Assembly: GCF_006345805.1 (NCBI RefSeq)
Contig: NC_043002.1
Span: 25,854,001 to 25,918,000, forward strand
Source: Octopus sinensis
Taxonomy: Eukaryota
DNA: 64,000 bases
Direction: 5' to 3'
Below are positions 38,060 through 52,456 of this stretch, one piece after another (position 1 is the first letter of the stretch; each line of letters opens with the position of its first letter). Position numbers and translations under genes: made by a program. The notes under the pieces were generated by a model. It was not told where the DNA came from, did not search any database, and was given only the letters and a program-made list of their open reading frames with translations.

Positions 38060-40402
38060 ATTTCCTTGAGAAAAGATACTCAGTCAAAAAGAAAGGATCT
38101 GGGATAGTAATAGAAGAGTTGAAACAGAGTATAATAGCAGTAGCAGACAACCTCTTCAGATATTAGAAAATAATAGATCAGTATCAACAGAATAGATTAT
38201 TTGAGACGGACCAAAGGAGATTTTATAACCAAATAAATAGTAGTGAACGAAGTACTGAAGATGAGAAACCGAATGCAGACGAAGCTAGAAAGTTCTGAGG
38301 TAATATTTGGGATAAGCCAGTCACACATAATGGGGATGCAGTATGGTTAAAGAAAGTGATGGAAGAAATAGTGAGCGAGAAGCAGCCAGATCTAAGACTA
38401 GCAGGTGCATTAAGGAGTAAAGTGTTAGGAAAATGCCGAATTGGAAAGGCCCAGGACCAGATTTTGTTCAAGGGTACTGGCTAAAGAAATCTAATAGTTT
38501 ACATGGGAGGCTGAGGGAACAAATTCAGGATTGCCTTAATAGAGGAATAATATTAGGCTGGATGATTAGGGGGAGAACAATACTCATTATGAAAGATAAA
38601 AGCAATGGTATTATAGCTAGCAACTATAGACCAATCACTTGCTTACCATTAGTGTGGAAGCTGTTAATAGGAATGCTTTCAGAAAGCATTTGTTAGTACA
38701 TTGAAAACCAGAATTTACTGCCAGAAGAACAGAAAGGTTGCAGGAAGAAGGCTAGAGGAATGCATGAAATATTGCATACAAACAAAGCAGTTCTAAATGA
38801 AGTAAAAGCTAGAAAGAAAAATCTAACGATAACATGGATAGATTATAGGAAAGCCTATGACATGATTCCACACTCATCGATAAGTGAATGTTTGAGGATA
38901 TTCGGTATAGCAGACAACATAAGAAAATTAATTAGCTTAGAAATGGAAAGTAGATTTCTTCTCAGGTGACACACTCTTAGAGATATGATTTAATACAGAC
39001 TGTAAGACTCTTCAGCAAAGATATAAGCGTGGAATTTGGCATATATAGATGTGCAATATTAGTCATGAGAAGGGGACAGGTAGTCACCAGCGAAGGCATC
39101 CAATTACCATACGGCCAGACATTAAAATCATTGAAAGGAGGAGAGAGTTATAAATATCTAGGAGTATTAGAATCTGACAGGATACTAACTCTAGAAATGA
39201 AAACGAAAATCGAAGACTACATCAGAAATGAGGAAGCTAATGAAGTCAAAGCTAAATGGTCCGAATCTAGTGAAGGTTGAAAATACTTGGGCAGCATCAT
39301 TACTTAGATACTCAGCAGCTTTTGTAGATTGGACAAAAACTGAGTTAGCAAAGCTAGACAGAAGGACTATGACGGAATTTAATACGAATGGAGGACTCCA
39401 CTCAAGGATAGGAGTAGGAAGATTATACTTACCTAGAAAGGAAGGCGAAAGAGAATTAATGTCCGTAGAAGACTGCGTTGAGTAGGCTAGAGTAGATATA
39501 GACTTCTATGAAGAAGGTATATTAAAAGCTGCTAAAGTCACAGCAAGACATAAGGAAACGAAAATCCCAAACGAAGTTAAAAACCAGAAAAAAGAACAGA
39601 AATTATCTGAATGGCAGGAGAAGGCGTTGCATGGTAGATTATCAAAGATAGTTACAACAAATAGTAGTACTGAGACATGGCTATGGTTGCAGAAACGAAA
39701 GCTGGAAAGGGAGACAGATCAAGCGTTAAGGACTAATTGGATAAAAGAGAAGATAGTAAAAACCAAGTAAATTCCCAATGTAAGTTATGCATATCAAAAG
39801 CGGAAAGCATTATTCATATAGTAAGTGAATGTAGCATGCTGGTACAGAACGAATACAAGAAAAGACATGACAACCTCAGGAGAGTAATCCACTGAGAGGA
39901 GTTATGTAGCAAACAAGGATTTGAACATACTAATAAATCGTATGAACACGAACCTAGTAAAGTGCTAGAAAGGAAGAAATATGAGATGTGGGTCTTTAAC
40001 ATTCAGACTGACTAATAGAAGCTCGACGGCCTGATTTAGTAGTAGTAGATAAAGAGAATAGCAAGTGCCAGATAATTCACATTACAGTTCCAAATGATGA
40101 AAAAAATCAATATGAAAGGTATATAAAGAATAACAAAGCACCAGGACCTAGCCATTGAATTACAGAGAATATGGAAAGTATGGGTAAAATGCATCTCAGT
40201 AGTTATAGGTGCATTAGGAACTATCCCTAAAGATTTGAACAGATGGATAGAGGAAATATGCATAAAACCCATCTCCAGAAAACAGTGTTATTAGGGACAG
40301 CTAGGATACTTAGGGTGGCTCTTGGCATCTAAGGTTACTTTTTGTAGCCCGATGTTAGGAATTTTTCTTTTCCAACTGTCTAATCTGTTGTGCGTATATG
40401 AA
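38060..40402 (+). mobile_element. Decayed R4/Dong-like non-LTR retrotransposon (RT plus RLE endonuclease), RT core partly deleted
   Basis: NYRPITCL, EQKGCR, WIDYRKAYDMIPH, YKYLG, RLYLPRKEG, LHG, C..C....H..S.C, RHDN, PDL and VVIGALG motifs in order; (AAT)n 3' and AAT-rich 5' flanks. Confidence 0.85.
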
Positions 40403-40440
40403 AATGATAATGATAATAATGATGATGATGAAGATGATGC

Positions 40441-40545
<105 letters not shown>

Positions 40546-40963
40546 TAATAATAATAATAATAATACGCGCACATTCATACGTACGTCACATGCGCGTGGT
40601 ATTTGGTAGTCCTTGAATCATTTGAAGTGCCATAATGTTTGGGCAATGCTTGAAATGTAAATGTTTACACCCTACCACACATATATATTCACACATGCAC
40701 GCACATATACATACACATACACATACATACACACACACACATACACTCACACGCACGTACACACGCATGCACACATGCGCACATACGTACATACATACAC
40801 ACACACTCACACACGTATGTACGCACGCACACGTGCACACAAGCTTATTTATATACTCACAGGTCTCACTGGTGCCATATCCAGACGCACTGATGCCACC
40901 AGTTTCCTGTCCAATTACACGGTCAAAGAAACTCTCTTTTCTCATGGAACTGATGTCGCTTAC

Positions 40964-41078
40964 CAAGTGATATAATCCATTGCGGCATCATGTGTTCATC
41001 CCTGATCAATACAACCCATCTTTCGGCAGCCATCTTGGACTTCTTGTACCTCTCCGTTCATTCGGCTATTCCACGAAC
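40964..41078 (-). other. Candidate host exon (unverified)
   Basis: Acceptor CCTGTCCCCTCAG, Kozak-like AAGATGG at 41033, [23 protein letters not shown], donor GTAAGC; alternative donor GTGAGT at 40860. Signals only, no homology recognised. Confidence 0.25.
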
Positions 41079-41143
41079 CTGAGGGGACAGGCTCCGTTAG
41101 AGGCATGGGAAATTTGAAGTAGCACGGAATCTGAATCAAACTG

Positions 41144-41211
<68 letters not shown>

Positions 41212-41248
41212 GTATCTATCTATCTATCTCTATCTATCTATCTATCTA

Positions 41249-41307
<59 letters not shown>

Positions 41308-41657
41308 ATATATCTATCTTATTTAACCATTCCATATTCCCATATTGCACGTTTTAAAATTAAGAACAAATTAAATTTGTTTACATTTAATTTTCTTCCC
41401 GGACAGCCATTTATAATAACATCGACGTAAACTTTCTTCCACAATATCCCAAATAATTATAGTTATGAATAGCCACGAGGAGAATTGAGATTCACGATAG
41501 TATTAAGATTGTCTTTATATATACTTATCTTAAAATAATAACACTGTGTTGTATGTGATGTTTATTTGCAAGATATACCATATAAATTCTTTTGTCCAAG
41601 TAAGTTTTTCTTGTCTGTACTCTTACAGGGTCAAGATAATTTTGCTAACTCTTGTCT

Positions 41658-41690
<33 letters not shown>

Positions 41691-44354
41691 TTGTGTGTCT
41701 GTATGAGTGTATGTCTGTATGTGCGTGTGTGTGTATTTAACTCTCTCTTTCCTCAGTTTTCTATATATCTTTTATATATATCTTTCTGTATATCTCTATG
41801 TGCATGTGTATAGAAAATTCTTTTTGTTGAAGTTAGGGTGTTTTACTTGGAGTTTTACTCGCCCTGTGCAGAAAGATTTTCTTTCTGGTGTTTATGCAAG
41901 AAATACATGGAGACCCTTATGGTTTGCCGCACGTTCGGATGACCTCTACTCAACTATACTTCTCTCGACTACTCTCTGACGACTTCTAGACTTCTCCCTC
42001 TATATCTACGTATTGGGCTAGCCTACTTCATCGTCTGGGGGCGTCCACACAGCACTTTATTACATGGAAGGGCTTCCTCATGAAATGGAGCTGCAGTTGT
42101 TAAAATTATCTGATTCCACGCCCAATAAAAATTAAATCCCATTTAATTGTAATTTTAACAAAAGCTATATCTCAATACCCGAGCTCACCCTCCATTTAAC
42201 GAAGCGTTCCATATGTTTTCCTATATAAACACCAGAAATAAAATCTCTCTTTACTGGCTGGATAAGACATCAGGTGAAATTAAAATTCTCGGTTAAAAAA
42301 ACAATATCTTTACAATAAATTTGACTCTAATTTTCTTATCTAGAAAATGTTAGTCTTCAATTGTTATTTTTATACTAGCTTTAAAATAAAATAAAAAAAA
42401 GCTTAATTTAGTATTTTTATAAGTATATACGTATGATCTAAAATAGACTAGATCTGATAATAAGAGGCCGAATATTTACTCTTCGAAAGTCTTTGATTTA
42501 CGCTCAACTCTCAGGAATGGCTGGGACGAAGCAACAACACAGCTACAACAGTGAGAATATAAATAATTACCTACGAGTGCAACTGAAGCATCCGATCAAA
42601 TTAAGAAGCATTTTTATCGTGGCCCGACCTTTGAGAAGTAGCAACAAAATCTCCTTTGAATTCCTTTATGAATTCCTTTGAAATTCCTTCGTATAATCAA
42701 TAAAACACCTCATATAATGTAATTCTTGATACTGCATCTGGAAAAATAAGGGAAAATACGTGATGGCAATGACTGTGATAATTTCTTTGATCATAAGTTT
42801 GCTTGATGATGCCTATCCTACGGTTAAACAATTACTACAATTATAGCCAATAACAGTAACTAATCCACAACGAAACTATACATTAGATAATGCAGTCTTA
42901 GATACGTAGTGTTGAAGTAAAACTTCTATCTACTCGTTCAAGATCGACCTATAACTAAATGACAACGTATTCCTAAAAATTACTTATGAAATAACCATTT
43001 AAGAGGTCTTTCTTCGTGTTAATGGTAACACAATTGTTTCTGATCTAGCAACCAAGGGCCTAACCTCGTATGTAACATTATCAATTATATTTGATATCCA
43101 CACGTCTCAATGTAACTAGCATCCAAATATATTTGTATATAGTAAATGAATAAGCGTAATTATGTAAGTTTTTGGAAACAATGTTTTAGAAAAAGCATTA
43201 TCGTATCATAATATGTTTTAAAACACTGTTTTGTGTATATTTCTGTATATATTTTCCTGTTTAGTTTTGTCATTTTGCTGTTTTTTTCTTTTGTTTATGC
43301 TCATGATTGTATGGAAAGTAATGTATATCACTTTATGAAACCTGATTTCGGAATATCTGATACCAATTCTTGATAGAGCTATTTATGACACGGCTACATA
43401 CTTATTCTACATTCGCTAACTGAAAAGCACAAAATACGTTTATTGGAAATTTTCCAAGCACTTTAAAAAACCACTTCCAAAATAACGAAATCATACAGAT
43501 TGTAATCGTAAGAGAAAATATATTGCTTTCTCTGCTATTGATGTTAATGCTGTTGCTGTTGTTGTTGTTGTTGTCATGTAGACTGACTGGTCGAACCACT
43601 GAATCTCGGAGGTGGGGTTGATTGACTGAGTAGTATGTACAGTGTATCAAGTGAGAGAGGTGAGTGGTGAAAGAATGGAGTCTAAATACTCACAGACACC
43701 GAGTCTGAGGGTGAGGTTTGAATACAGAGTGTACATTGGACAACAAAGATGATCTGTAGATAAACAGTAAGAGATTTATGTTTTAAAGAGAAACGGTATA
43801 CGTGAAGTGTGGTTTAATAAAAGGTGATGGGCTCGGGTTCAGATTCGACGAAAGTTTTTAATATTAGCAAAATGAGGGAGAATTGTTCAATAGATTTAAC
43901 GTTATTTTTGATTGAATTTTCTAAGTGTACTACTTTGTAAGTGAATTGGGTAGAGGGAGTCTTACAGTTGATGAACTAACTAACCATTATTTCAATTCAT
44001 GTAAATAACCCAGTTAAATGTCAGTGGCCACGGATGAGATCCTTGAGATATTTTGCTTACTGAAAAACAAGTTAGAGACAAGAGCGCGAAAAGACAAGGA
44101 ATTTTAAAAGGCTGGTGGCAGGCTTCTACTAGGAAATATTTTCCGCTGAGAAACGATAGCACGAAGTATAGAGAAATGTGGTCGAAATTTGTGTGTAAAG
44201 ATATTTTGAATTGTCATCGATGCTTCCGTAACTTTGAGTTCTTCCTTGGTAGGGGTGTTGGCACTACTCAGATCCCTTTTTATCTCTAGAAAGAAATGGC
44301 CCATATTAGTGTGGGCTCTATCCTTTTGACGGGTCCAGCATGAAAGATCAGGTG

Positions 44355-44835
44355 GAATTCTTCTTCATGCACGGCATGTAATCTTTCAAAATTTTTTTAC
44401 TTTTGGAATTTTTTGAGAAAATGTGTGTGCATTTGTGTTTTACACATGGGAATTCATACGACTATGATAAAATATTAAAAAAATTTTTGGAAAGTTTGTT
44501 TCAATTTTTAAAAATCACAGTTTAAAATACGGACAGTCTGAATTTTTGGCATACATTCCAGCAATAGACCATTAAATGTGTTTATATGGAGAAAGATATT
44601 GAAAAACAGCAATACATCAGTGACAAACAAACGAGAACGGTATGAGGTGGTTGTAAGATGTGCTAAAAAAAAACCCAGCTAAATACCCCTTAAATCATAC
44701 CAAAAAATTTTTTTTGGTTTTTGCATAGTCATATAAATTCTCGTGTGTAGAACACAAATTCGTAAAAATTTTCTGAAAATTCCAAAAAATAAAAAAAGTT
44801 ATGAAGGGTTATATACCATGCATAAAGTAGAATTC
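44355..44835. mobile_element. Old MITE with ~135-bp diverged inverted arms
   Basis: 44355-44490 aligns to the reverse complement of 44700-44835 with many substitutions. Confidence 0.65.
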
Positions 44836-46053
44836 TGCCAAAGATCCTCCCAAGGGCATAACCCTTGAAGTCATTAAGGCACATAAGTCACCTCACCGCA
44901 ACAAGGACTGGATCTTGCAGTGGAAGCTGCTTTAAGCAGGACAAAAAATAGGAACAATCTTAATAACGATGAGAAATAATAACATCTTTTGCAGTTTTAT
45001 TGTAATTAAAAGAACTTCTGGAATAATATTTTAGGTGTAAAGAATATCGTTAAATTTTTTTCGAAATATAATTTCATACAATGTTCAGTGGCGATTTCAA
45101 AATATTAAGTAGAAAATGCTACTGATTTTGACAGACAAGTTGCTATATACTTATATCAAACGTTGTGAGGCAGTAGGTTTTCTGAGAGTATGCACAATCA
45201 TATTTAAAGCTTAATGGCAATATTTAACTATTAATTACTGGTTCAGTGATGCTGGAATTTAAGGCAGTGATAAGAAGCCCAAGACCCCTTTTAGTTTTGT
45301 GAGGGACTTATTCATGGTGCAGAAATATCTGTAGTATATTGTTTCGAGTGACACCAGATAGTCCGGTATAGCGTTGCTAGATGTACAGATAAGTGTGAAG
45401 TTTATCAAAAAATTTTATCAATGGATTCATTTGTTGGTTTGACTGAATGTGTTATTCTCTATAAGTAATAGAACTGTTTTAAATTTTGACGACACGTGCA
45501 CACTACTATATATACAGTGCAATGCCATTAATGTCAGAGGACAATAGAGTAATTCTATGTTAATGTTTAAATATGATATAATTGAGCTGAAGTCATTGAA
45601 TTGTACATTGAATATTTTGGCAATTGTTAACTGGAAATTTTGAAATTCTTAGATGTTAAATTCTATTAGATTCAATTACAAAGTATAATTACATTTATAT
45701 ATTCCAACTTGCATATGTAAACATACAAACATACGCACACATACATATATATCTAGGTAGACACGCGCACGTACGCGCACCGCACACACATATATGTACG
45801 TATAGAGGGAGGGATGTAGATTATGTATGTTGGAATTTTATGGAAATATTCTTTTGAATTAAATCCTCTGAATAGCTCTTCATGAATTTCCTCGAGTCAT
45901 ATCGAGCGAAAATGATTAATACCAAATTCTAAGCATTTCGAAATATTATCATTTTAAATTTCATGACAATGAGAAAAGCTATACTTGACGTTTAGACGCC
46001 ATCTGCATGAAAATTAATGCGTTGAATTAGTTTTAATATATCTATTTCATTCA

Positions 46054-46420
46054 AGGCGGCGAGTTGCCAGAATCGTTACCGTACCGGGAAAAATACTTAG
46101 CGGAATTTCTTCCGCCTTTACGTTCTACGTTCGACGGAATATGAACTCAGAACGGACGAAGTGCTGTTAAGCATTTCACCGCCTTGGGGTTATTGGTAAT
46201 TAATACAACATATTAGAGCAGCGAGCTGGTTGAATCGCCAGTGCGTCGGGAAAAACGCATTTCTTCAGAGTTGACGTTCTGAGTTCAAATTCCGTGGAGG
46301 TCGGCTTTACCTGTCATCCTTCTGTGGTCAATAAAAAGCATCACTTGAGTACTATAGTCGATGTAATCAACTTACCCCTTTCCCCTAATTGCTGGTCTCA
46401 TTCCTAAATTTGAAACGAAT
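46054..46420 (+). mobile_element. Two adjacent diverged family E SINE copies
   Basis: GGCGGCGAGTTGCCAGAATCG at 46054 and GCAGCGAGCTGG at ~46218. Confidence 0.65.
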
Positions 46421-46900
46421 ATATCTATTTCCTGTTTGGTCTGTCTATTGTTCATCAGTGAAACATAGAAAGCAATAAATCTGACTCAGTGGTAGACAAA
46501 CTCCGTCTCCCGGTTTAAGCTCCTACTTGATACCTTGGATGTAAACACCGAATCCAAGTTTCTAGTTGAGGCCACCTTCCCCACTCCTTCACACCGACTA
46601 GTCTTGGGGATCTTGTAGTGTATTGTGAGCCTTTCCTCTTGACTAAAAGCTAAATAATAGATTAAGAAAGAACGCTCTTACTGGAATTCGACTGGTGTAG
46701 AATTAAAACTGGGATCATTTAAAGAATAAAGACTTGCTTGAATATAACAGATGTATCAATTTTAAGTTTAATATAATTATAGAAATGGTATTTAAATAAT
46801 ACGGAAAATTATTCCATTCTTTAGGTACATGCAAAACATTCCAGAAAATATATTTTAAAAATTCGGCCGGTTGAAATACTACTTTCGAATTTAAAAATTG

Positions 46901-46932
<32 letters not shown>

Positions 46933-47187
46933 GGAAAAAAAAATTGATCAATAGGGATCGACATTTCTGTGATAACGATCCCTATTGATCAATTTTTTTT
47001 CCTTTCCCTTTTTCTCACCCCCCCCCTTTAAAATTTTTTTATTCCCCCCTTTTTTTTGCCCTCTTTCTTTCCCTTTACGATCCCTTTTGATCGAAAACCA
47101 AACCCCCTTTTTTTACCCCCAAAAGAAAAGCTCTACCTTGTAATTTGTCCTGTCTGTGTGCAGCCCTGTGTGGCTAATAAAGAAACA
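46933..47187 (+). mobile_element. Tx1-like copy a: 3' UTR only, with a 28-nt 5' inversion, inside (TATC)n
   Basis: Homologous to 60640-60871; (TATC)n at 46901-46932 and from 47188. Confidence 0.85.
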
Positions 47188-47268
<81 letters not shown>

Positions 47269-48363
47269 GTCTGTCTGTCTGTCTGTCTGTCAACAAAATT
47301 TTATACTGGGGTATACACCTTGTAGTATGCCTTTTCACAGTTTTAAAGCCCAATCACAGTATTCAAATACCTGATATCATCAACAGTATGGAGGTACATG
47401 CCACAGTATTTCCCTCGTATCCGTAGAGTTTAGGAAAAATATGAGAGAAAGAAAATGGAATTCACGAGATACTTTATTATTCCCTACGATCGTTTCAGCC
47501 CATCGTGCACCGGTGCATCATGGGTAAAGTGCTATGCAAACAGCTGTTGTGCACCGAAGGTGCAGATGTGTCTCATCGTGTGACTTGTCAAAAGTACCTC
47601 ATTTTTTAATCTTTCTTTCGCTTATTTCTATCAGTAGTGTTACTAGTCTACACGATAGTTCGGGATGATAACATTCCGAAGGCCAACTCAGCCCCAAACC
47701 TGTGAACTTGACACTATATAGTTACTCATAACACAAGCTGAGGTAATAGAGTTTATGACTTCCCATCTCCTTTATTTGATAAAATAAATAACTGAGGAAG
47801 TATTGTGTCGAGGTAATATCGATTAAACTTTTGAACTCTCTAACCCGGTATGGTCAAACACCAATGAGTGAAACCAGTGAAGGAATACAAGAAGTTGATA
47901 AAAATAAGAATACATGAAACAAGAGATAAATAGAAAAATAAAACATATAAGAAACTGATAACGGAAAAGGGGAAAACTTCAATAAAAATAATTATATTTA
48001 CTCCACTTATGCATTGAGTAATCTTTCTACTTAGAAACACATAAATACACACACACAAACGCAAACACATACACATACACAGATATTTACCTTCATCTAT
48101 ACGCGTATACATATACCCTGTGTGTATTCTTCACAAGAGTAATTTTGAAACAATTCTTTTGATATGTAAAAATTCGTTTTCTCCGCAGCATATTTCTACT
48201 TAAATTACGTTATGCTCCATACAATCTGAAATATTTCCTTTTATCTATGGCAGTTCCTATTCAGTTCCGTTTGATTAATTTTTGAGAGCGATCATCCGAA
48301 TATTCTATTCCACTGCACCTTGTCTTGTTTTCCTCTCTTTCTCTTACTTTGTCTGTCTGTCTG

Positions 48364-48441
<78 letters not shown>

Positions 48442-48655
48442 GTATGTATATATATAAATATATATACATATATGAATATATATTATATATATATGCCTAA
48501 ATACATATATACACGCATATATACATGCATACCTATAAACAACTATATATATATATTATATATATACACATATGTATACTTATATATGTACGCAAACATC
48601 CCTCTGTCTCCTTGTTTGTGTGTCTGTTTATCTCTCTCTCTATATATAAATAATT

Positions 48656-48696
<41 letters not shown>

Positions 48697-48952
48697 GTAA
48701 ACGTATATATTTTTGTATAATATATCTATATAAATACATATAATAATATGAATAATTATATTATATTCATGTATTAGCATGAATTTGTGCAAAACGAAAT
48801 AACAAGTGGGCTCAATAAAGGTGAACACAATCAGGCTTAAAACGATAATTTGTCGAATAATATGTAGATTGCAACAAATACGGAGATATTTGAAAATATA
48901 GTCAAGTAACAGGCAGAAATGATACATACACACGTACATATATGCATACAGA

Positions 48953-49360
48953 TAGCAAGGATGGCACGTATGAATGACGAAGCCACCTTGACTATGATCC
49001 TATGAACCGTAAAAATTAATACAGAGAGTTGCTTATTTGTAAAAGAATATAACATGTAACTTCATTGACCAAGGTTACCGTGGTCTTTTCCGTAGGCTTT
49101 TCTCTCCACGGGTAAACCTCACCCGTCCTCCCCTTTACACTTTATATTGACATTTCTGTGATAACGATCCCTATTGATCGATTTTTTCTTTTTCCTTTTA
49201 TTTTTCATTTCCCCCTCCCTATTTTTTTGCTTTCCTCTTTCTTTCTTTTTACGATCCCTTTTGATCAAAAACCAAACCCCCTTTTTTATCCCCAAAAGAA
49301 AAGCTTTACCTTGTAATTTGTCCCGTCTGTGTGCAGCCCTGTGTGGCTAATAAAGAAACA
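48953..49360 (+). mobile_element. Tx1-like copy b: 5'-truncated (end of ORF2 plus 3' UTR)
   Basis: Close match to 60434-60871; ends AATAAAGAAACA-(TATC)n; 5' flank is not TATC. Confidence 0.9.
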
Positions 49361-49396
49361 TATCTATCTATTTATCTATCTGTCTGTCTGTCTGTC

Positions 49397-49427
<31 letters not shown>

Positions 49428-49584
49428 GCCTGCCTGCCTGCCTGTCTGTCTGCCTGCCTGCCTGTCTGCCTACCTGTCTGCCTGTCTGTCTGCTTGCCTG
49501 CCTATCTGCCTGTCTGTCTATCTGTCTGCTGTTTGTGTGTATGCGTATGTGTGTCTGCATGTTTGTATGTGTTTGTGTATGTGC

Positions 49585-49745
49585 AGGTATAGATGCAAGA
49601 TAAGATTACCTCCCAGACACACGGTTCCAGCTACAGTCTCTCTTCGTGACACCTGCGTGGCGTCTTGGGTTATAGCTCAAGGCCTACCAAGGCCTTGCGA
49701 GTGGATTTGATTGATGGAAACTGAAGGAAGCCCGTCGTGTGTGTG
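49585..49745 (+). mobile_element. Diverged family C SINE module
   Basis: GGCCTTGCGAGTGGATTTG...GGAAACTGAAGGAAGCCCGTCG followed by its microsatellite tract. Confidence 0.6.
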
Positions 49746-49834
<89 letters not shown>

Positions 49835-49854
49835 GTCTATCTATCTATCTATCT

Positions 49855-52003
49855 CGCTGTGAATGGACGGTAAAAATATCGGCTCCAAATAAGTTGGCTT
49901 TTTTGTATGGAAAAACGTTTTATTTGTCAAATATTTTTTCTGAAAGAAGTGTCTAAAGTCATCTACTTCAACCCCAGTAAATCTTGTAATAGGAAATAAC
50001 TCCATTTGGAGTTTTCTTCGGTTTCCTTGACATATTTCAAATCGAAAATGGCTAAGTTAGACCATGAAGCCGACTTCCCGCCTCTACCACAGTCAGAGGC
50101 GAAGGAAGCCGAAACCAAAGCCGTTCCGCTTGAACACACAACAGGCTTTAGAAAATACGTACAAAGAAGCGAATACATTTACTATTATATACACTGCCTC
50201 CATCACTGCTACCACCACAACCAACACGAATACTGAAATCAATTTTGCCGTAGCTTTAAAGCTACAGAAAAAAATCATGTGCTTTTCCAAGGAAGAACTG
50301 CTTGCCTGTAAAGCAATGTTTAAAAACAAACGACCTCAGCATACTACTACAAACACCACAAAATATCACGGAAAAAATCGCAAAAAATCCCAATTATTTA
50401 CAGGACACTCAACCTAAAAACAAGGCTATACCCAAGTAAATATAGAAAAATGTTTAAGGCCCATATGGGCCTTTAAAGACCACATTACGAGGGGAAACAG
50501 ATTTGCCACCATCGAAGTTCGATTCGACAGTGAAGAAAGAGCCAAGGACCTCTCCACAAAGTCCTTCCAATTTGAAAATTTACTGATGATCCCTACTTAC
50601 CTTGGTCATACGTTCACAAAAATAAAAATAAAGAATGTGCCTCCTGAAATAGAAATAAAATGGTTCGTGTCTGCCATTTGTTATGACATCGAGGACAAAA
50701 TCCATATCTTGGAAATCACTGTCCTGGACTAACAAAACTGGATTGGCCAAGAAGTCGAAATTCTTGCTCAAATTGATCCGATGAATTTCGAAAAAATTCC
50801 ACATCGAATCCAATTGACAGAGGATTCGAGTTTGCATGTGGCCGTCGAAGGCAGAAAGCCGCGTTGCTACGTTTGTGGTAGGAAAGCTCACTTACAAATT
50901 AATAGCCCACTAATCACAGAAACAACAACAACGACAACAAGATCACGAAAAACAACACCAACAACCACAAGGAAACCAAAAACTGAGCAAAAAACCAGCA
51001 CTGCTACACACACCGCCATATGCACAACTAATTAAACAGCTCTGAAAACAAACGAAGGAGCATCAGCAACCAACAAGCCAGCCCAACCAAACAACACCAC
51101 TACCACCAGCGTCACCCTGAGCAGAAACAACACCATCATCATCACAGCCACCACCAGCAACAACAACTTCAAAGGAGGAAGAGAAACCCAAAAGATTCAT
51201 ACCCCACTCTCAAAAACCCATACACCACACCCTAACTGTCATCAACCAGCACCAACACTAACAACAAAGTCAACACACTCAGAAATAGACCCCAATACCC
51301 TTCTCCTCCCACCTTCTGATTCCTCCAACATGTCGTCAGATGAAGACGACACAGAGGATTGGCAAGTGGTCACAGGAGGAAGGAGAAATTGGGGGGAAAA
51401 GATAGAAAAGCAGACAAACAAAGCAGGGTGGTTTACCACTCCCGAAACCAAAACACCCGCAGAAAACAAAAGCATCAACACAAACACACGAAACCCCACA
51501 GCAATGTTGACAGCCATAAACACCAACAATCCAGACCTAATGGAATACATTAGGTCAAACACCAACATAACAGAAAATGATACCAAAACAAAGAATCACC
51601 CACGCACAACACCACTACAACACATTAAAATCATACACATAACACAGAACACACACAGCACCCTGAAATCTGTCTACCCGGATGCAGTTGGGAGATTTAA
51701 AAATTACCTGTCTAAAATACTATACACTTCAGGGAGAAGACTGTGAGGTGAAGAACAAAGAACTTTCGGACAATAAGTGGCTCCCTCTCTCTCTTTCTCT
51801 TTCGTCTTCCTTTTGTGTGTAAAACACAACTTTCGATAGGAACATGCTCAAAATAGGTAGTATAAATGTACGTGACTTGGGGTCACGAGGCAGGTTTTGT
51901 CTCGTGAAAGTTTAAAAAAAAGTGGGTGAATGTAGCAAAGATGGTATGTGCGGGCGAGGAAACCGCTTTCAGAATGATTCTGTAAATCGAAGAGAGAGAG
52001 AGA

Positions 52004-52036
<33 letters not shown>

Positions 52037-52314
52037 CAATTTGCTCTCATGTGTTTATTCCCTCCCTACCTGAGGTTGCGGTGGTCTTTTCTGTAAGTTT
52101 TTTTCTTTCCACGGATAAACCTAATCTTGCTTTTTGCATTTTCAAAATTCTTCTGTGATACACGATCCCTTTTGATCGTTTTTTTCCCTTTTGATCGGAA
52201 TTTTACCTTTTTTTTCTCATTTTTCCCCTTTTCTTCTTCATTTTCGAAAAGAAAAGCTCTACATTTGTATTTGTTCCCTTTGTGTTCAGCCCTGTGTGGC
52301 CAATAAAGAAAGTC
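49855..52314 (+). mobile_element. Tx1-like copy c: 5' UTR plus decayed ORF1, ORF2 nearly all deleted, plus 3' UTR (HAL1-like)
   Basis: ORF1 ~50048-51746 with knuckle remnant PRCYVCGRKAHLQINSP; ORF2 start MLKIGSINVRDLG at 51844 joined at GAGG (51887-51890) to the ORF2 C-terminus; (TATC)n on both sides. Confidence 0.85.
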
Positions 52315-52383
52315 ATCTATCTATCTATCTATTTCTATCTCTCTATATCTCTATCTATCTATGTATCTATCTGTCTGTCTGTC

Positions 52384-52456
<73 letters not shown>

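Noticed and set aside
43402-46644. Possible minus-strand exons at ~43500-43580 and ~46534-46644
   Set aside because: Only weak splice-like signals; not distinguishable from chance.
47478-47590. Minus-strand GAAA-CGATCG-TA half-hammerhead
   Set aside because: No CUGANGA at a position compatible with stem II; at most a decayed remnant.
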